A stretch of DNA of 64,000 nucleotides from positions 62,001 to 126,000 of the forward strand of contig LVLI01000336.1 in the NCBI GenBank assembly GCA_001687465.1, given 5' to 3'. The notes below the pieces were generated by a model that worked only from the letters and a program-made list of their open reading frames with translations, did no database searches and was not told the DNA's origin. Position 1 is the stretch's first letter; each line of letters opens with the position of its first letter. Both the position numbers and the translations under genes were made by a program. The DNA comes from Halocafeteria seosinensis (Eukaryota). This document shows, piece by piece, positions 51,601-62,806 of the stretch.

Positions 51601-52952
51601 GCACTGCATGAGACCTGTCGTACACGCAACAGACCAAGCTCGAGACCTACTGTGATGGGCAAAGGAAACGCGGAATCCTTGTTCCCACCGTAACCGAGGA
51701 ACCCGTCAGTGCCCGATCCCCACCCGTAAAGGGGGGTTAAGACAGGTAGAGTAGCACTATCCAAATCAGCATAACGAGCTGACGCTTTCATGAAGTCCAA
51801 GGGATGGTATTCTGATGCTGTCGATGGCGCTTCATTTGTGCTCTTGGCCGGTAAGTGGATAGTGCACACTCCAGGATCGATGCCCACATGCGCCCTGCAG
51901 GAAATGAAACAGGTACGTAAAAGTTATAGCCTCAATAAGCTCTATGCTTACCTTGTCGCACCTCCTTCGAATTCTATGTGCAAAGCAATGGTTGTGGAAG
52001 ACTTTGCAGTAAAGGCACTTATGGATGGTTGCTCTATTGTCTCCTCATCCTCCGTCGTTACTGTTGATAAATTCTTCGCAGAAGTATGTATACTTACGAG
52101 GAATAAGTTTCCATTTGTCTCGGTGTTGGCTACGTGCAACCGAGTACTCGTCTTACAGCTTCCGTAGTCAATGTCCACTAAGGGTGGATTTGCGAGAAGT
52201 GCGTATGCACCAGCTTTAGTGATTTCTCGAAATGTATCGCCGGTAAGCAAAACTGCTAGGGCTGAAGCAAATGCATTTATCCAGCTGTTGGATTGTGCTT
52301 CACTGCGCTGGTCAGATCTCATAGCAAAGAACAGGGCATCGACAAGTTTCATTGTATTTTCCAGGGGTGCTTCTTCCGCACCGAGAACAATGTCACAGTC
52401 ATTGATGCTTATTATTCTTAGTGCATCTGTCCCACTCCGACTTACCTCTCCTTTGTTTGGAGGTGCTAAGCCCTGCATGTTGTTTGTGAGCACTTGAGCG
52501 ATGTCATTGATGTCCACTTCATAAAAAAGAAGCCCCTCCACAGGGCTTTCGTGCGCAGCGTTCTCACCACCAGATGGTAAGCCCTCCTTAAATAAGGAGG
52601 AAAGTCTGACCCAAACATATTCTCGATCAAAGTATTTCTGAATTACTTCATTATACTCCTTGACAGAAGTTGCTTTAGACACTTCTTTGAAGAGCGGTTC
52701 CACGAACGCAAGCGAAGCGGCATCAGCATCTCCCCCTTCTTCGAGTCCAATATAATTGTATAGAAATGGACGAGGGTCCTTATGTGTCTCCATATACTCC
52801 TTGAATCGGTCACATTGAATGGAGGTGGATAATTGCAGTTCCTGGAACTGTAGCTTTTCTCTGCCACTGCGTTCTGGCTTTTTCACCATTTCATCGGGCT
52901 CGAGAGGACCCTGTTTTATCCTGGATGATATATCTGACATTGTATCGTTCAT
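48622..52952 (-). CDS. RCC1-repeat + tandem BTB protein with unassigned N-terminal region and two C-terminal hydrophobic helices (multi-exon)
   Basis: RCC1 repeats (LYTWGMGSDGALGHG, FSWGRNVEGQLGDG); BTB motifs (VHRALLSLRS..LEFIYSD; FSDLVF..GHQIVVASRSEFFRGLL..LLHFIYS). Confidence 0.85.
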
Positions 52953-53460
52953 CGAGCGCTTATAAACGCATCAGCATTGGGAAGCACGAATCACTTTGTA
53001 GCGCGTTGCATGACCTAAAAGCAACAGCGCATAACACCTCTTGTTGCACTACCCACACTATACATACACTTTACCATAACAAAATCAATATGAAGTTCTT
53101 ATACGTGAAAGAATCATTGAGAAACAAGTGTATGGGCTACATTTGAAAGTCGCAGCTGCCCAGTGTCTCAAGTTGAATGTTGTGTCCCGTTGCCTCGCGC
53201 GTTTTCTGCTTTTCCCCTTTTATAGAAAATTGAAGCATGTATGGTACTCGTAAACGTATAGACTTATAGAAGAATACATAGACTTGGTTGTGGGAATGAG
53301 ATCTAGTCATTGCAATCTGGTTATCCGGGCAAATGGAAGAATGAACGTTGGTGAATGGACCGACCATTCTACTCCATTGTCGAGCCATTAGCCATGATCC
53401 ATTGTTTCAGCAGTGATATAGCAGCAGTACTGCGGCCTCGCTAGAGTGGTTATTGGAAAG

Positions 53461-55695
53461 ATGGAGGCGGTGCAAGGGGTGAAAAAAACCATTTGGAACT
53501 TGCCTAGTCGGTCGTCCACGGCTTGGGGTGGGGAGCAAAAGTCTCCAACGATACCGAAACATGATGCCGTGGAATCATCGCGGGCGTCCAGTTCGTACCG
53601 TTTCCCCGGGAGCAAGGTTTCGAAAATCGACTACTCGTCTGTAGATGCTGATGCTTCTGATCTGGACAGTGTGCGTGCAAAGCGGCCTCAGCTGGAACTA
53701 TTAGGATCTAAAATGCAAGGCGGGAGTTCTGTGAGTGTTGAGATGTCCCCTCCACAGCGAAAAGAGGGTCTGAATAGAAGAAAGCATGCCTCGTCGCCAA
53801 AACCATCGATGCGTTCTCCCATAGCAGCATGCATAACTCCGGCATCGCGGACCCCTTCAATACCGGGATGCAAAATACAGGAGTCGATAGATGAGGACGA
53901 GGATGAAAAAGATTGGCTAAAGGCGGGAAGTTTCCACCTCCCCACTGACCCTAATACGGCGGACAGCAGCTTGGCTGTTGAAGGCAAAGCTGAATTTAAT
54001 GGTGGGGTAACAACGAGGAATGGAGTCGGTAATCGAGGAATGGGAGGCAATTTCATCCATACAATACGTGTATCTCTAACGAAAACTTCTTCGCGACAAA
54101 CCATTGAGGGTGGCTATTGTTGCCCCGCCACAAGACGACGTAGTACTGTAAATGAAGAGGTGGATCAAATGCTGAAACTGGCTATGGACAAGAAGTCACC
54201 TACCGGTTCCCAACGACAAGGGATTCAAACGGCGGCACAACCGAGCAACGGTCCAACGACTGAGTTTATAAGACCTCAAAGCGCTTTCGGACGTACATGG
54301 CATAAAGAACTTGACATCTTTGAAAAGGCGCAACAAAGAAGGAGCGGGCCCAGACGTAAAAAGAGTTTGCAAACGCTTTCAGGAAGACGACCTCAAAGTG
54401 CATTACAGCCACGAAGACCAGGGAAAGCGATTGATAGTGTCGTGAGACCACAATCTGCTATGCGACATGCACAAAGGGCAGACTATCAGCAGGCAAAGCA
54501 TCATTCATCACAAGCCTCCTCAGAAGAGTTAGACGGGGTGGATGTAGGTGCCCTCGGAGCTGAACCGTCAGAGAGCTGCACACTCACCGACTTTTCTATC
54601 GACAGTCATTTCTCCGACAATTATCCACAACCTCCAGTACAAACAAATGAGAACAGCTGCACTCTCGGACTCTCACTTTCTGTGTCCCCAGCGCGAATTA
54701 CTACCGACAAGGAAGAAGAGGCGTCGATGATATCCAATACTTCGGAAGCTCCACTAGAGGATCACGTGGAGAGAAACGTAAACTGGAAACAAGATGACTC
54801 GGTCTTGATATTCGAAAGTCGATCCTCGGACGACGATGACACAGAACCTGAGGGCAAGTCCCCTGATTATAAGCCAGCACTAACGCATTCTTTAGCAACA
54901 AACGCAGAACGCAATAGTGAAAACGCCGAATCGATAATTCTAAAGGATACTATCCTACAAAGACGTAGCGGAGATGCGGTTTCGTGTACGAAGAAACGAA
55001 CAGTTTCCGCTCAGCAACGTTCTCACCGAGCAACACACGTCCCGCGACCGTCAACTCACTCGCCAGAGCCACACCCTGATGTGGCATTACCCACCAGAAA
55101 AGACCCAGTCCATGGAACGCGCTGGAAGCCCGAAGTACGCGTAAGGTACGATGATTTGTTCTGGGAAGAACACACGCCAGATGAAAGGCCTCGGACAAAC
55201 AAGCCTCGTGAACGTCACGTTTCTACCGCAAGCCCTCAACAAACGCATAAAGGAGAGACCACGACGAAATCCAAACCAAAACAGGAGAGATTATTATGCA
55301 CATTTGTGAAACCGCTGACACCATTCCGTCTTCCGGAGCCCACCACTTCAACTGCGCCTCCTCCGGCGAGCAACTCCCAACAATGGCGCGACAGCCACGG
55401 CAAGACATCAGATAAGTCACGAGGAAAGTACCTTGGTCAAGAGCTGAGAGATAAGTACCTTAAACGATTTTATATGGTGCATCCAAATCGTCCCCGTAAA
55501 GAAGAGGATCACCACAACCTGAAGACATCGTTTGGCTCGCCGAACCCCCTCCGACGGCTAAGTGTTGGCCAAGAGTTGCATGGATGGAAGGATACTGAGG
55601 AAAGTCCTTCCGTAGAGCGGATAGTTCCTTCAAATTTACCGGGACAAAATATCCTCCTTCCTTCTGTACCAGTTCCCAATGGCAAAGACGACTGA
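53461..55695 (+). CDS. Hypothetical, largely disordered S/P/R-rich protein (744 aa)
   Basis: Single 2.2-kb ORF; three RPQSA motifs; no recognised domain. Confidence 0.7.
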   Translation: MEAVQGVKKTIWNLPSRSSTAWGGEQKSPTIPKHDAVESSRASSSYRFPGSKVSKIDYSSVDADASDLDSVRAKRPQLELLGSKMQGGSSVSVEMSPPQRKEGLNRRKHASSPKPSMRSPIAACITPASRTPSIPGCKIQESIDEDEDEKDWLKAGSFHLPTDPNTADSSLAVEGKAEFNGGVTTRNGVGNRGMGGNFIHTIRVSLTKTSSRQTIEGGYCCPATRRRSTVNEEVDQMLKLAMDKKSPTGSQRQGIQTAAQPSNGPTTEFIRPQSAFGRTWHKELDIFEKAQQRRSGPRRKKSLQTLSGRRPQSALQPRRPGKAIDSVVRPQSAMRHAQRADYQQAKHHSSQASSEELDGVDVGALGAEPSESCTLTDFSIDSHFSDNYPQPPVQTNENSCTLGLSLSVSPARITTDKEEEASMISNTSEAPLEDHVERNVNWKQDDSVLIFESRSSDDDDTEPEGKSPDYKPALTHSLATNAERNSENAESIILKDTILQRRSGDAVSCTKKRTVSAQQRSHRATHVPRPSTHSPEPHPDVALPTRKDPVHGTRWKPEVRVRYDDLFWEEHTPDERPRTNKPRERHVSTASPQQTHKGETTTKSKPKQERLLCTFVKPLTPFRLPEPTTSTAPPPASNSQQWRDSHGKTSDKSRGKYLGQELRDKYLKRFYMVHPNRPRKEEDHHNLKTSFGSPNPLRRLSVGQELHGWKDTEESPSVERIVPSNLPGQNILLPSVPVPNGKDD

Positions 55696-55819
55696 CAACA
55701 GACAAGTTACTCGCTATACAGGTAACAGTAATCCAACAATACCGCAAGGAAACCACGGCTCTTCGTGCTCTGGTAGAACAAAAGCTTCGATGCAGTTGCA
55801 TAGAAAGGAAGTATCCTAG

Positions 55820-56752
55820 TCAAGAGCCCAAAGACTCAAAATTGCTTTTCATGTATACTATAGAAGCACCTGCTCCGGACACAACAGCCAACATTAGCGG
55901 CTCCTCGTATGCTGTCAAGGATGCAAACCACTGGGGCGGAGGGAAATCTTGTTCTCCGTCCACAATGATCACCAAGTATTGCAAAGAATTTGAAGGGGAA
56001 GACTTCGACGGACGCTTTAAGTGTAGAGCAAACGATCCTACTGTAGGATCAGCATGCGCTTGCGGTAGTCGGCGAAGGGCGTAACCTCGTGAAAACAGGT
56101 CGTAATACACCCTGTAAAGTCGGAAGTCATCAATATGCTGCAGAAGGCGGATATACGCTTCCTTAAATGTACAAAAAGTCTCTCCGTGTTCTTCATTATT
56201 CGCCTTTTCTTGATGAATTAGTTTCAGCCTCCCGTAATCCAAAAGACATAGCGCTTCCATAGGATTTAAAAAGTGAGTAGCTCGAATGCGGAAGCCCATC
56301 CGCTCTTTCAGCTTCCCGGCAGCTTTATGTAGCTTGACGTACACATGCCTGTCTGTTTGTTCAGGGGACTCGCTGCTGGTGCCCGGTTCACTCTTCTGCA
56401 CCAAAGGTTCTTCCTCGAATTCTACGATGGATCCAATACACAGACTTTTGGGTGTAAAATGCTTTCCAGAACTGTCGGTGAACGGCAGGGCATATTTATC
56501 GCAACTTTTTCTCGTCAGTAGGTTAGATTTCCAGGTTGTGAAGCCTTTCTTCACGGGTTCGCCATCGTCATCGGCATTGAGTAATTCTGGCAACTGGGAG
56601 GTATGACGCTTCTTGCTGACTTCGTGAGAGTCACGGGTGATATCAGCTCGCCCTCGTTTGCCCCGTTTACGCCCCGTTTCCCCAGATGCAGCCATGGCAC
56701 GGTAGTTTGACGAATAAAATGCTACGTGTATGTCCTCATTGACGTCATTCAT
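55820..56752 (-). CDS. TSEN54: tRNA-splicing endonuclease subunit Sen54-like (start may be 56695)
   Basis: K.AGKL.ERMG....HFLNPMEALCLLDYGRLKL..FKEAY..LL..YRVYYDLFSRGYALRR matches the Sen54 N-terminal domain pattern. Confidence 0.75.
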   Translation of the reverse strand: MNDVNEDIHVAFYSSNYRAMAASGETGRKRGKRGRADITRDSHEVSKKRHTSQLPELLNADDDGEPVKKGFTTWKSNLLTRKSCDKYALPFTDSSGKHFTPKSLCIGSIVEFEEEPLVQKSEPGTSSESPEQTDRHVYVKLHKAAGKLKERMGFRIRATHFLNPMEALCLLDYGRLKLIHQEKANNEEHGETFCTFKEAYIRLLQHIDDFRLYRVYYDLFSRGYALRRLPQAHADPTVGSFALHLKRPSKSSPSNSLQYLVIIVDGEQDFPPPQWFASLTAYEEPLMLAVVSGAGASIVYMKSNFESLGS

Positions 56753-57149
56753 GCGTCATCAACCTCGACAAGGGGAAATCCACAATTCCTAGGATGCTTT
56801 GTGAAGTTGGCTTGGTATTTTACAGCCTTCTGACCGGAGTGATAAGAGCCTCGGTGAAGCTAAGCCATGATGTATATCTTGAAGTACGAGATACCAAGAT
56901 TGCAAGGACGGCAATACCCGGGAAGGCATCAATTCTGGCAGGTGTTCAACGACATTGTTCGTGCGGAAAAGGGTCGCACGTCGAGAAGCGCCACTGCAAA
57001 TACACACCTCTTTTAATATAGATAGCGACAGGCGTTTATGTTTGGTTTTCTTTCCGTATAAAAACCACAATAGAAAAGAATCTCAATGTTTTGGTAGAGC
57101 ATAGTTTTGTTTTTGGTGGCCAAGAGATTGTGTAAGAAACCGGGGGACA

Positions 57150-59541
57150 ATGGGGCAAGGTGCAGCTTCCTGCTGTCCGACCGACAAGGTAAGTCCATGC
57201 CGTCTTTTTCCTTCATTCCACGAGCGGTATGCCCCCATTTCTTCTCATAGGAATTCGATTCTGTTTCAATGTATCCGTTACTAAATTGTTTGAAGCATTT
57301 GACCTGTGGCAATGTGTGCTTTGATCACGGCGGAGTCTGTCACTGCACGCAGGAGGTCAAAACGAGGCGCCTTGAACTTCCGGGATGCTCCTATGTCTAT
57401 GAGCCCCTTCCGGGCATACGTCGAGCCGCGTACAGTGTGGGCCATGTGATGAATGACTTATGTGCGGCTACCTGGTTCAGTTATCTGCTGCCTTACTTAC
57501 AAAAAGCCGTCTACCTGGAAAAGAGTCAGGCGGGAATAGTCATGTTCTCCGGTCAGGTAAGAGAGATTTTGGTAAGCGTAGAGCGCACATATAACGATTT
57601 CACAGCGTTCATTGACCTACAGATAGCGGATGCGATTGCTACGCCGTTAGTTGGGATCTTTAGTGATAAATCCAAAGGATGTCCGCAGTACGGATGCGGA
57701 CGGAGACTCCTCTGGAACTTCCTCGGGGTCTGCTTAGTTACGATTTGCTATTTAATGGTGTTTGGCTTCTGCATCCCTTGTTGGGTAGACGGAGGAAAGA
57801 GTATCACCGCCGACCAGTCTTGGTTCCTGCGAGATAAGACTATTAACTACGCTATTGCGGCGGCGCTCTTCAATTTCGGATGGGCAAGTGTCCAAGTGTC
57901 GCATATGGCCTTGGTTCCCGAGCTGTCCATCGACGAAGCAGAAAGAGTCTTCTTGAATAGTGCTCGCTACGGATTTACGATATTTTCCAATGTCACTGTG
58001 AGTAACGTTGGCTGCTGTGTTTCCTCCTTGTTACCGTTTCCGACCGGTGTATTCGTTTGAGCTCCAGGTCTTTGTCACGCTATACCTACTATTGCTTGCC
58101 AAAGGAGAGTCAACCTCTACATGCGAACATTCCCAACATGCGGACACTTATCATACGCTAGCCTATATCGTTGTAAGTTGACCGAGTTAATATTCTATAG
58201 TCTGGTCGGTATGCGATATTGAATGGTCGGTTCGGTCTTGTCCAGGTGGCAATTGGTGGAGCGTGTTCGTTATTCTTTCTCGTTGGGACAAAAGAGCATA
58301 CGCCGGAACAGTTAAAAGAAATGTCAAAATTCTCTCGGAAGCTTATGAAGATACAAGCGGCTAAGAAAGCTTACGACATGCAAGACGTGGAACAGTTTGA
58401 ACCTTCAAAGGAGGAATTAGACCGAATTGGACAGGCTCGGCAACCTGTGCATGGAGTCCATCAGGAAAGGGGCTCCTTCACTGAGGCCATTCAAGAATTT
58501 GGTAGGGCCACAGCTGACTGCCGCTCAGGCTCAATGGACGTGTACGCTGGCAGATACCCAAGGTGTGGTTCTGTTGAGGAATTCGCCGAAGAAGCGGAAT
58601 GTCGATCCAAATCCGCACACAGTCCAAATGGGGATAAAAAATTGCTTGATGTTTTGAAGGAAGAAGATGATTCCCCCATATTCGGTGCGGGGGATGCGGA
58701 CAAGAAGAGCTCCAATGCGTCTGACATGTCAAATCATCAGCCACGAAAGTGGTACGACTGGTTTAAAGTATCTGGGTTTTACGCCGTAAGTGGATGCTGT
58801 ATGTGCCTGCTAGCCCAAGTTTACGTCACTGGTGTGGTGTCTGTTATGCAGGTCGGACTAAATTACATGTGCACAAGACTGGTGGTCAACGTATCTCAAG
58901 TTTATATTCAATTCTACATACAGAACACGTTGACAATGGCTAACAATGCGACTGCCATCGTCCCTTTGGTTGTCTACCTTTCTAGCTTTATTGGCACCTT
59001 ACTCGTGAAAGCGATGAACAAGCGCTTTGGCAGGAGACTATCGTACGCCATCGGAGGAGGAATGGTCACGGTTGCTTGCATCATCATGTTTTTCTTGCAT
59101 CACTCTAGTCGGAATGGAACATATGGTGCTGCGATTTTGTTGGGACTTGGTAACGCCACCATCATGGTGACCACTGTCAGTTTAGAGGCTGACTTTGTGG
59201 GCTCTGATACGGAGAGCGGGGCATTCGTATACGGGGCTATGTCCTTCACTGATAAACTCTCCAATGGTATAGTAATTTTGGCAGTACAATTTACCGATCA
59301 TGATAGTGGTCAGTTCTACCGCTACATTGTGACCATTATTCCTGTGGTAGCGGCGGTGGTTGGAATACTGTCTACCCTTGTAATCGACATTCCTACAGCC
59401 TCCACGGAGGAAGGAGAAGGTATTGTCATTGATGAAGTCTTGCAAAACAATAATATAGATGGACGTTCCTCTAGGCGAGCTCCTACTGAAGATGAGAAGG
59501 GCATAGACCAGCCACTGCTACTTAACGGAAAGGAGTATTGA
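57150..59541 (+). CDS. MFSD12: MFSD12-like MFS transporter (multi-exon)
   Basis: YSVGHVMNDLCAATWFSYLL, GQIADAIATPLVG..SD, FNFGWASVQVSHMALVPEL, YMCTRLVVNVSQVY, SGAFVYGAMSFTDKLSNG. Confidence 0.92.
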
Positions 59542-59694
59542 TTGTTGCGATGCGCTGAATACAGGTTGGAATGACAAAACGGGGGAAATCAGAAAATTTC
59601 CTCCCACTCTTTCCCACACGATATCAGTAGTCGTTGCGACATCGCCCTAATAGACATTGTTGTTCACGACCTTCTAGCTGTATATGTAAGGGTA

Positions 59695-60891
59695 TCATTT
59701 CTTCTTCCCTTTTTTCTTTCCCTTGTCCCCTTCTTTAGATTTACTGGAACCTTCTTCGGTACTGGGCGGTATCGGCGACTCTGTCGGCTGTTCCTTTGAA
59801 ACCGTCAGGTTACCTGTCCGACTTTCCCATGTATCATCCACTGCTTTCGTTGACGTCGGCTGCAGCTCTTTCAACGTAAAGTCCTTGATGTTTACACTTG
59901 GAAGATTGATATGCTGTAGCTTACGTTTAAGTTTTTGATCTCTTGTACTTCTGCTGCTATCTCTTGAGCTCGTCGCTTCTCGTATACTGTCATCTCACGG
60001 TAGGACATGGGGACTCGAGGAAGGGATGGACCTTCTCCGAACCCCTTAACTTTCCTCCCTCTCTGGGCGTCCATTCTTGATTTCCTGGCCCATTCCGTTT
60101 TGAAAAAATTTGGCAGCGGTTTAAAGTTTCTGGAAGCAAATTCACGAGGTGAACGCTGCAACTTAGCTTCAGTATGGCCCAGAGCAATCAATAGACATAC
60201 CCCCATGTCGATCCCGGTACATTCCCTGGAGTCTTGTAAAATCCCGGATGGTATTCTATACTACAAACTTGGTTGTCCCCAGGCTTTGCGAATCCTATCC
60301 CTGAATTGCGTACCCATGGAAAACGCAGTGCCATTTTCAGGATTAGTCCGTTGCATACATGTGATGGTTGCATACCGTTTCTGATAGTGTCGATATCCGC
60401 CGGATCAATTTTGCGCTTTCGCTGTAGGAGAGAGTCGAGCGACTGCTCACCCCTGTATATGTCGCGAATAAGATTTCCTTTATCATCGTGTGGTTGCCCT
60501 CTCCGCGGAAGAAGATCAGTTGGCTGTACATGCGCATGCGCGTGAGATGAGGTGATAACCACGACACATTCTCCTGAACACTTACTTTATTCTCCTGCTG
60601 ACGATTGGCTAGTCGAGTACTCAGTTCCTCATTGGAGATATGTCTTTTATGGGGCTTGAGAGGATCTTGCGTCTTTTGCTCCTCCGTAAGGAACTCCTGG
60701 GGCGGCTGTATGTGCTTCTTACCACTCTTCGGTGTTTCAACTCGCTGTAGCGTTCAGTTCATATCGGTACTGTTATTTGCACAAAACGAGCTCACGAGTT
60801 CGAACGTCCATGGACGTACGTCTATACGGATAGGACGAACATGGGGCTTCCATGTCTCGTCATAACTGGGTCTCTCATATATTTTATGCAT
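59695..60891 (-). CDS. SPATS1/SASRP1-like protein (multi-exon)
   Basis: Spliced LQRKRKI..RNGIGFAKPGDNQ..IEYHPGFYK and SYRE..EKRR.QE..EVQEIKNLN resemble the SASRP1 family RNG..PGD..EY.P.F.K motif; Lys-rich C-terminus. Confidence 0.55.
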
Positions 60892-60981
60892 CTTGATTCC
60901 TGAACGGATGTCGCAAGTTCACAACGGCATTCCAATCGGTAGCATACAGCCTATCAAAACAGAGTAAAATTGAAACTTGGC

Positions 60982-61591
60982 ATGCAAGGGGGGAAAGGGA
61001 AGTACTATTCTTCTGGACAGGTTTACTAGTGGTGTCAATGACAAAGAATGTGTATACTTTACGTGAATCCGAAAATGGCGCGTCGTCGCCATCCGGCGAA
61101 TTGAAGTTAGGGTGGATGTGGATGACCAGCAACATTTGACAATCCACATCATCAAGGAGGTGGATGTCCTTTGGAGGAATTCCGGAATGCTGTAGGACTG
61201 AAGTAGTATTGCCGGAACCTTCCGATCCCACAGGAAGAAGGAGTGCGGGAAGAAAGCTGCTGACGAACTCAAATGCCAACAACAACAGGTACCTGCATGC
61301 AGCATGCGGCATGCCCAGTGGATCTATGAATCTACAAGACAGATATTCAATGCCCTGCCAATCGATCCCCTTAGGCTGTAGTGTATGGTGTATGTGTATG
61401 GTAAACTGGCTCCGTCTCTTGACCCTTGCAATAGCCGAAGTGACGAAGACTGAACAGAAACTGCAGTGAAGAAATCTCACTGATCTCAGTATCCTAGCTA
61501 TGGAGTCCAAATGATTTACCCTTCCAAGCGGCAGCAGGAAAAGCTGTTGGAAACCCTTGGGAGAGAGCGGAAGATAAATCTGTCCAACTGA
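60982..61591 (+). CDS. Possible small (~94 aa) five-exon hypothetical gene
   Basis: One manual GT-AG splice path gives MQGGKGKVDVDDQQHLTIHIIKEVDVLWRNSGMLKKECG..IFNALPIDPLRLYGVQMIYPSKRQQEKLLETLGRERKINLSN. Other paths are possible. Confidence 0.3.
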
Positions 61592-62806
61592 TTCCAGTGT
61601 TCCTGTGATTCCAGTCCTTGTTTCATGGAGTTCGTCCCCCACAGCACCGGAATCAGGATAACATTATCTCGACTCTCGTTAACATTATGTGAAAAACTGG
61701 GCAACACTTGCTCATTGTTTTCAGGGCAAATTGGGCAATGCAGCACTCAAAACAAATACAGTGCAGCACAAAACAACCCCACACGGTGGGTCACACCACA
61801 AAGCGTTTACCGCATTGAGTTACTGCGGTCTATTAAAATAAATACAAAGCAATGGACTCCTTACAGTTAAAAAATTATAGCGAATGTCGCATTTGGTGGC
61901 GGTGCCGCTGAAGAATTCCTGAGTCAGCACTCTCAGACGGGGAAGTCAAGTGTGGCACCAAGTCAAGTTCAACGATTTCGACGGGATTGCTCAGCTGCTT
62001 CTTCGCGTTTGCCTCCAGTGCACAGAGAATTTTCCAACTGGTATGCCGTTAATCATGCACAATGAACATGAGTGTTATTTTTCATTTGACTGTGAGTGTG
62101 AATAGAGAACTGGTCCCACAGATCTTCGGGATCTTGGAAAAAACATAGTTTAGGAGTTTCACCTGTGTAGCTGTTACCTAAAATTGAAGAGTGCTTAAAA
62201 ATCGAGCATCAATCCCCTGTGACATTGCGAAATAACGCGGGCATGCATTGCATGGGAGATGCCGTTCGAGGAGCACCAAAACCGCAACAGAAATTGAAAA
62301 CTGTTTCGGCTCGGGGCGTGTGGCACGCCAACTAGCCTCCCTGTAACGAGGATGATAACAGAAACTTTGCCACAGGAGAATTGGAGTCGCTCGCATACTG
62401 TTAGATGTTTAATAGAGGTTCATGTAAGCTCCATGGAGCACATAGAGAGCTTTCGGTTTTTGTCTAGCGTGGGGCGGGCCATGCTGCGCTGTGGCGGGGC
62501 CGTTGTTGGGTAGTCTCGGGTCGAGGCACGGGTTGAATGGCCGGCGGCGGCGGGAGAAAGGACGTCTTGAGGGGTATTCTTGGCGTATACCTAGCTTATA
62601 CGAGTTATTAAGGTGTCATAATTGACATGACACTTGGTTTGTCTGATTGCTTGGAGATGATTTTACTTTATCAAAAGGGTAAAATCTCTCGGGAAAAGCA
62701 CTCAATACACATTTAAGAGGTGGTCTTGACCCCTCACACTTTTACGACGACAAAAACAAGAGCCTATTCAACACTTGTAGGAGCCTTACAGCGCTCCTCG
62801 TTCTGC

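Noticed and set aside
34294..56752. TFIIIC subunit and Sen54 as a tRNA-biogenesis cluster
   Set aside because: They are 16 kb apart with four unrelated genes between them, and no tRNA gene was seen; chance co-location is sufficient.
61110..61125. GGCG-TGA as a possible selenocysteine motif
   Set aside because: There is no plausible selenoprotein reading frame around it and I found no SECIS element; another frame gives a better gene model.
60884..61642. 252-aa minus-strand ORF
   Set aside because: It has a non-ATG start and no motifs, and is probably the antisense shadow of the plus-strand exons.
62461..62635. GC-rich patch and GTGTCAT/ATGACAC hairpin upstream of the USP gene
   Set aside because: A 7-bp stem is expected by chance, and I recognised no RNA family or element ends.
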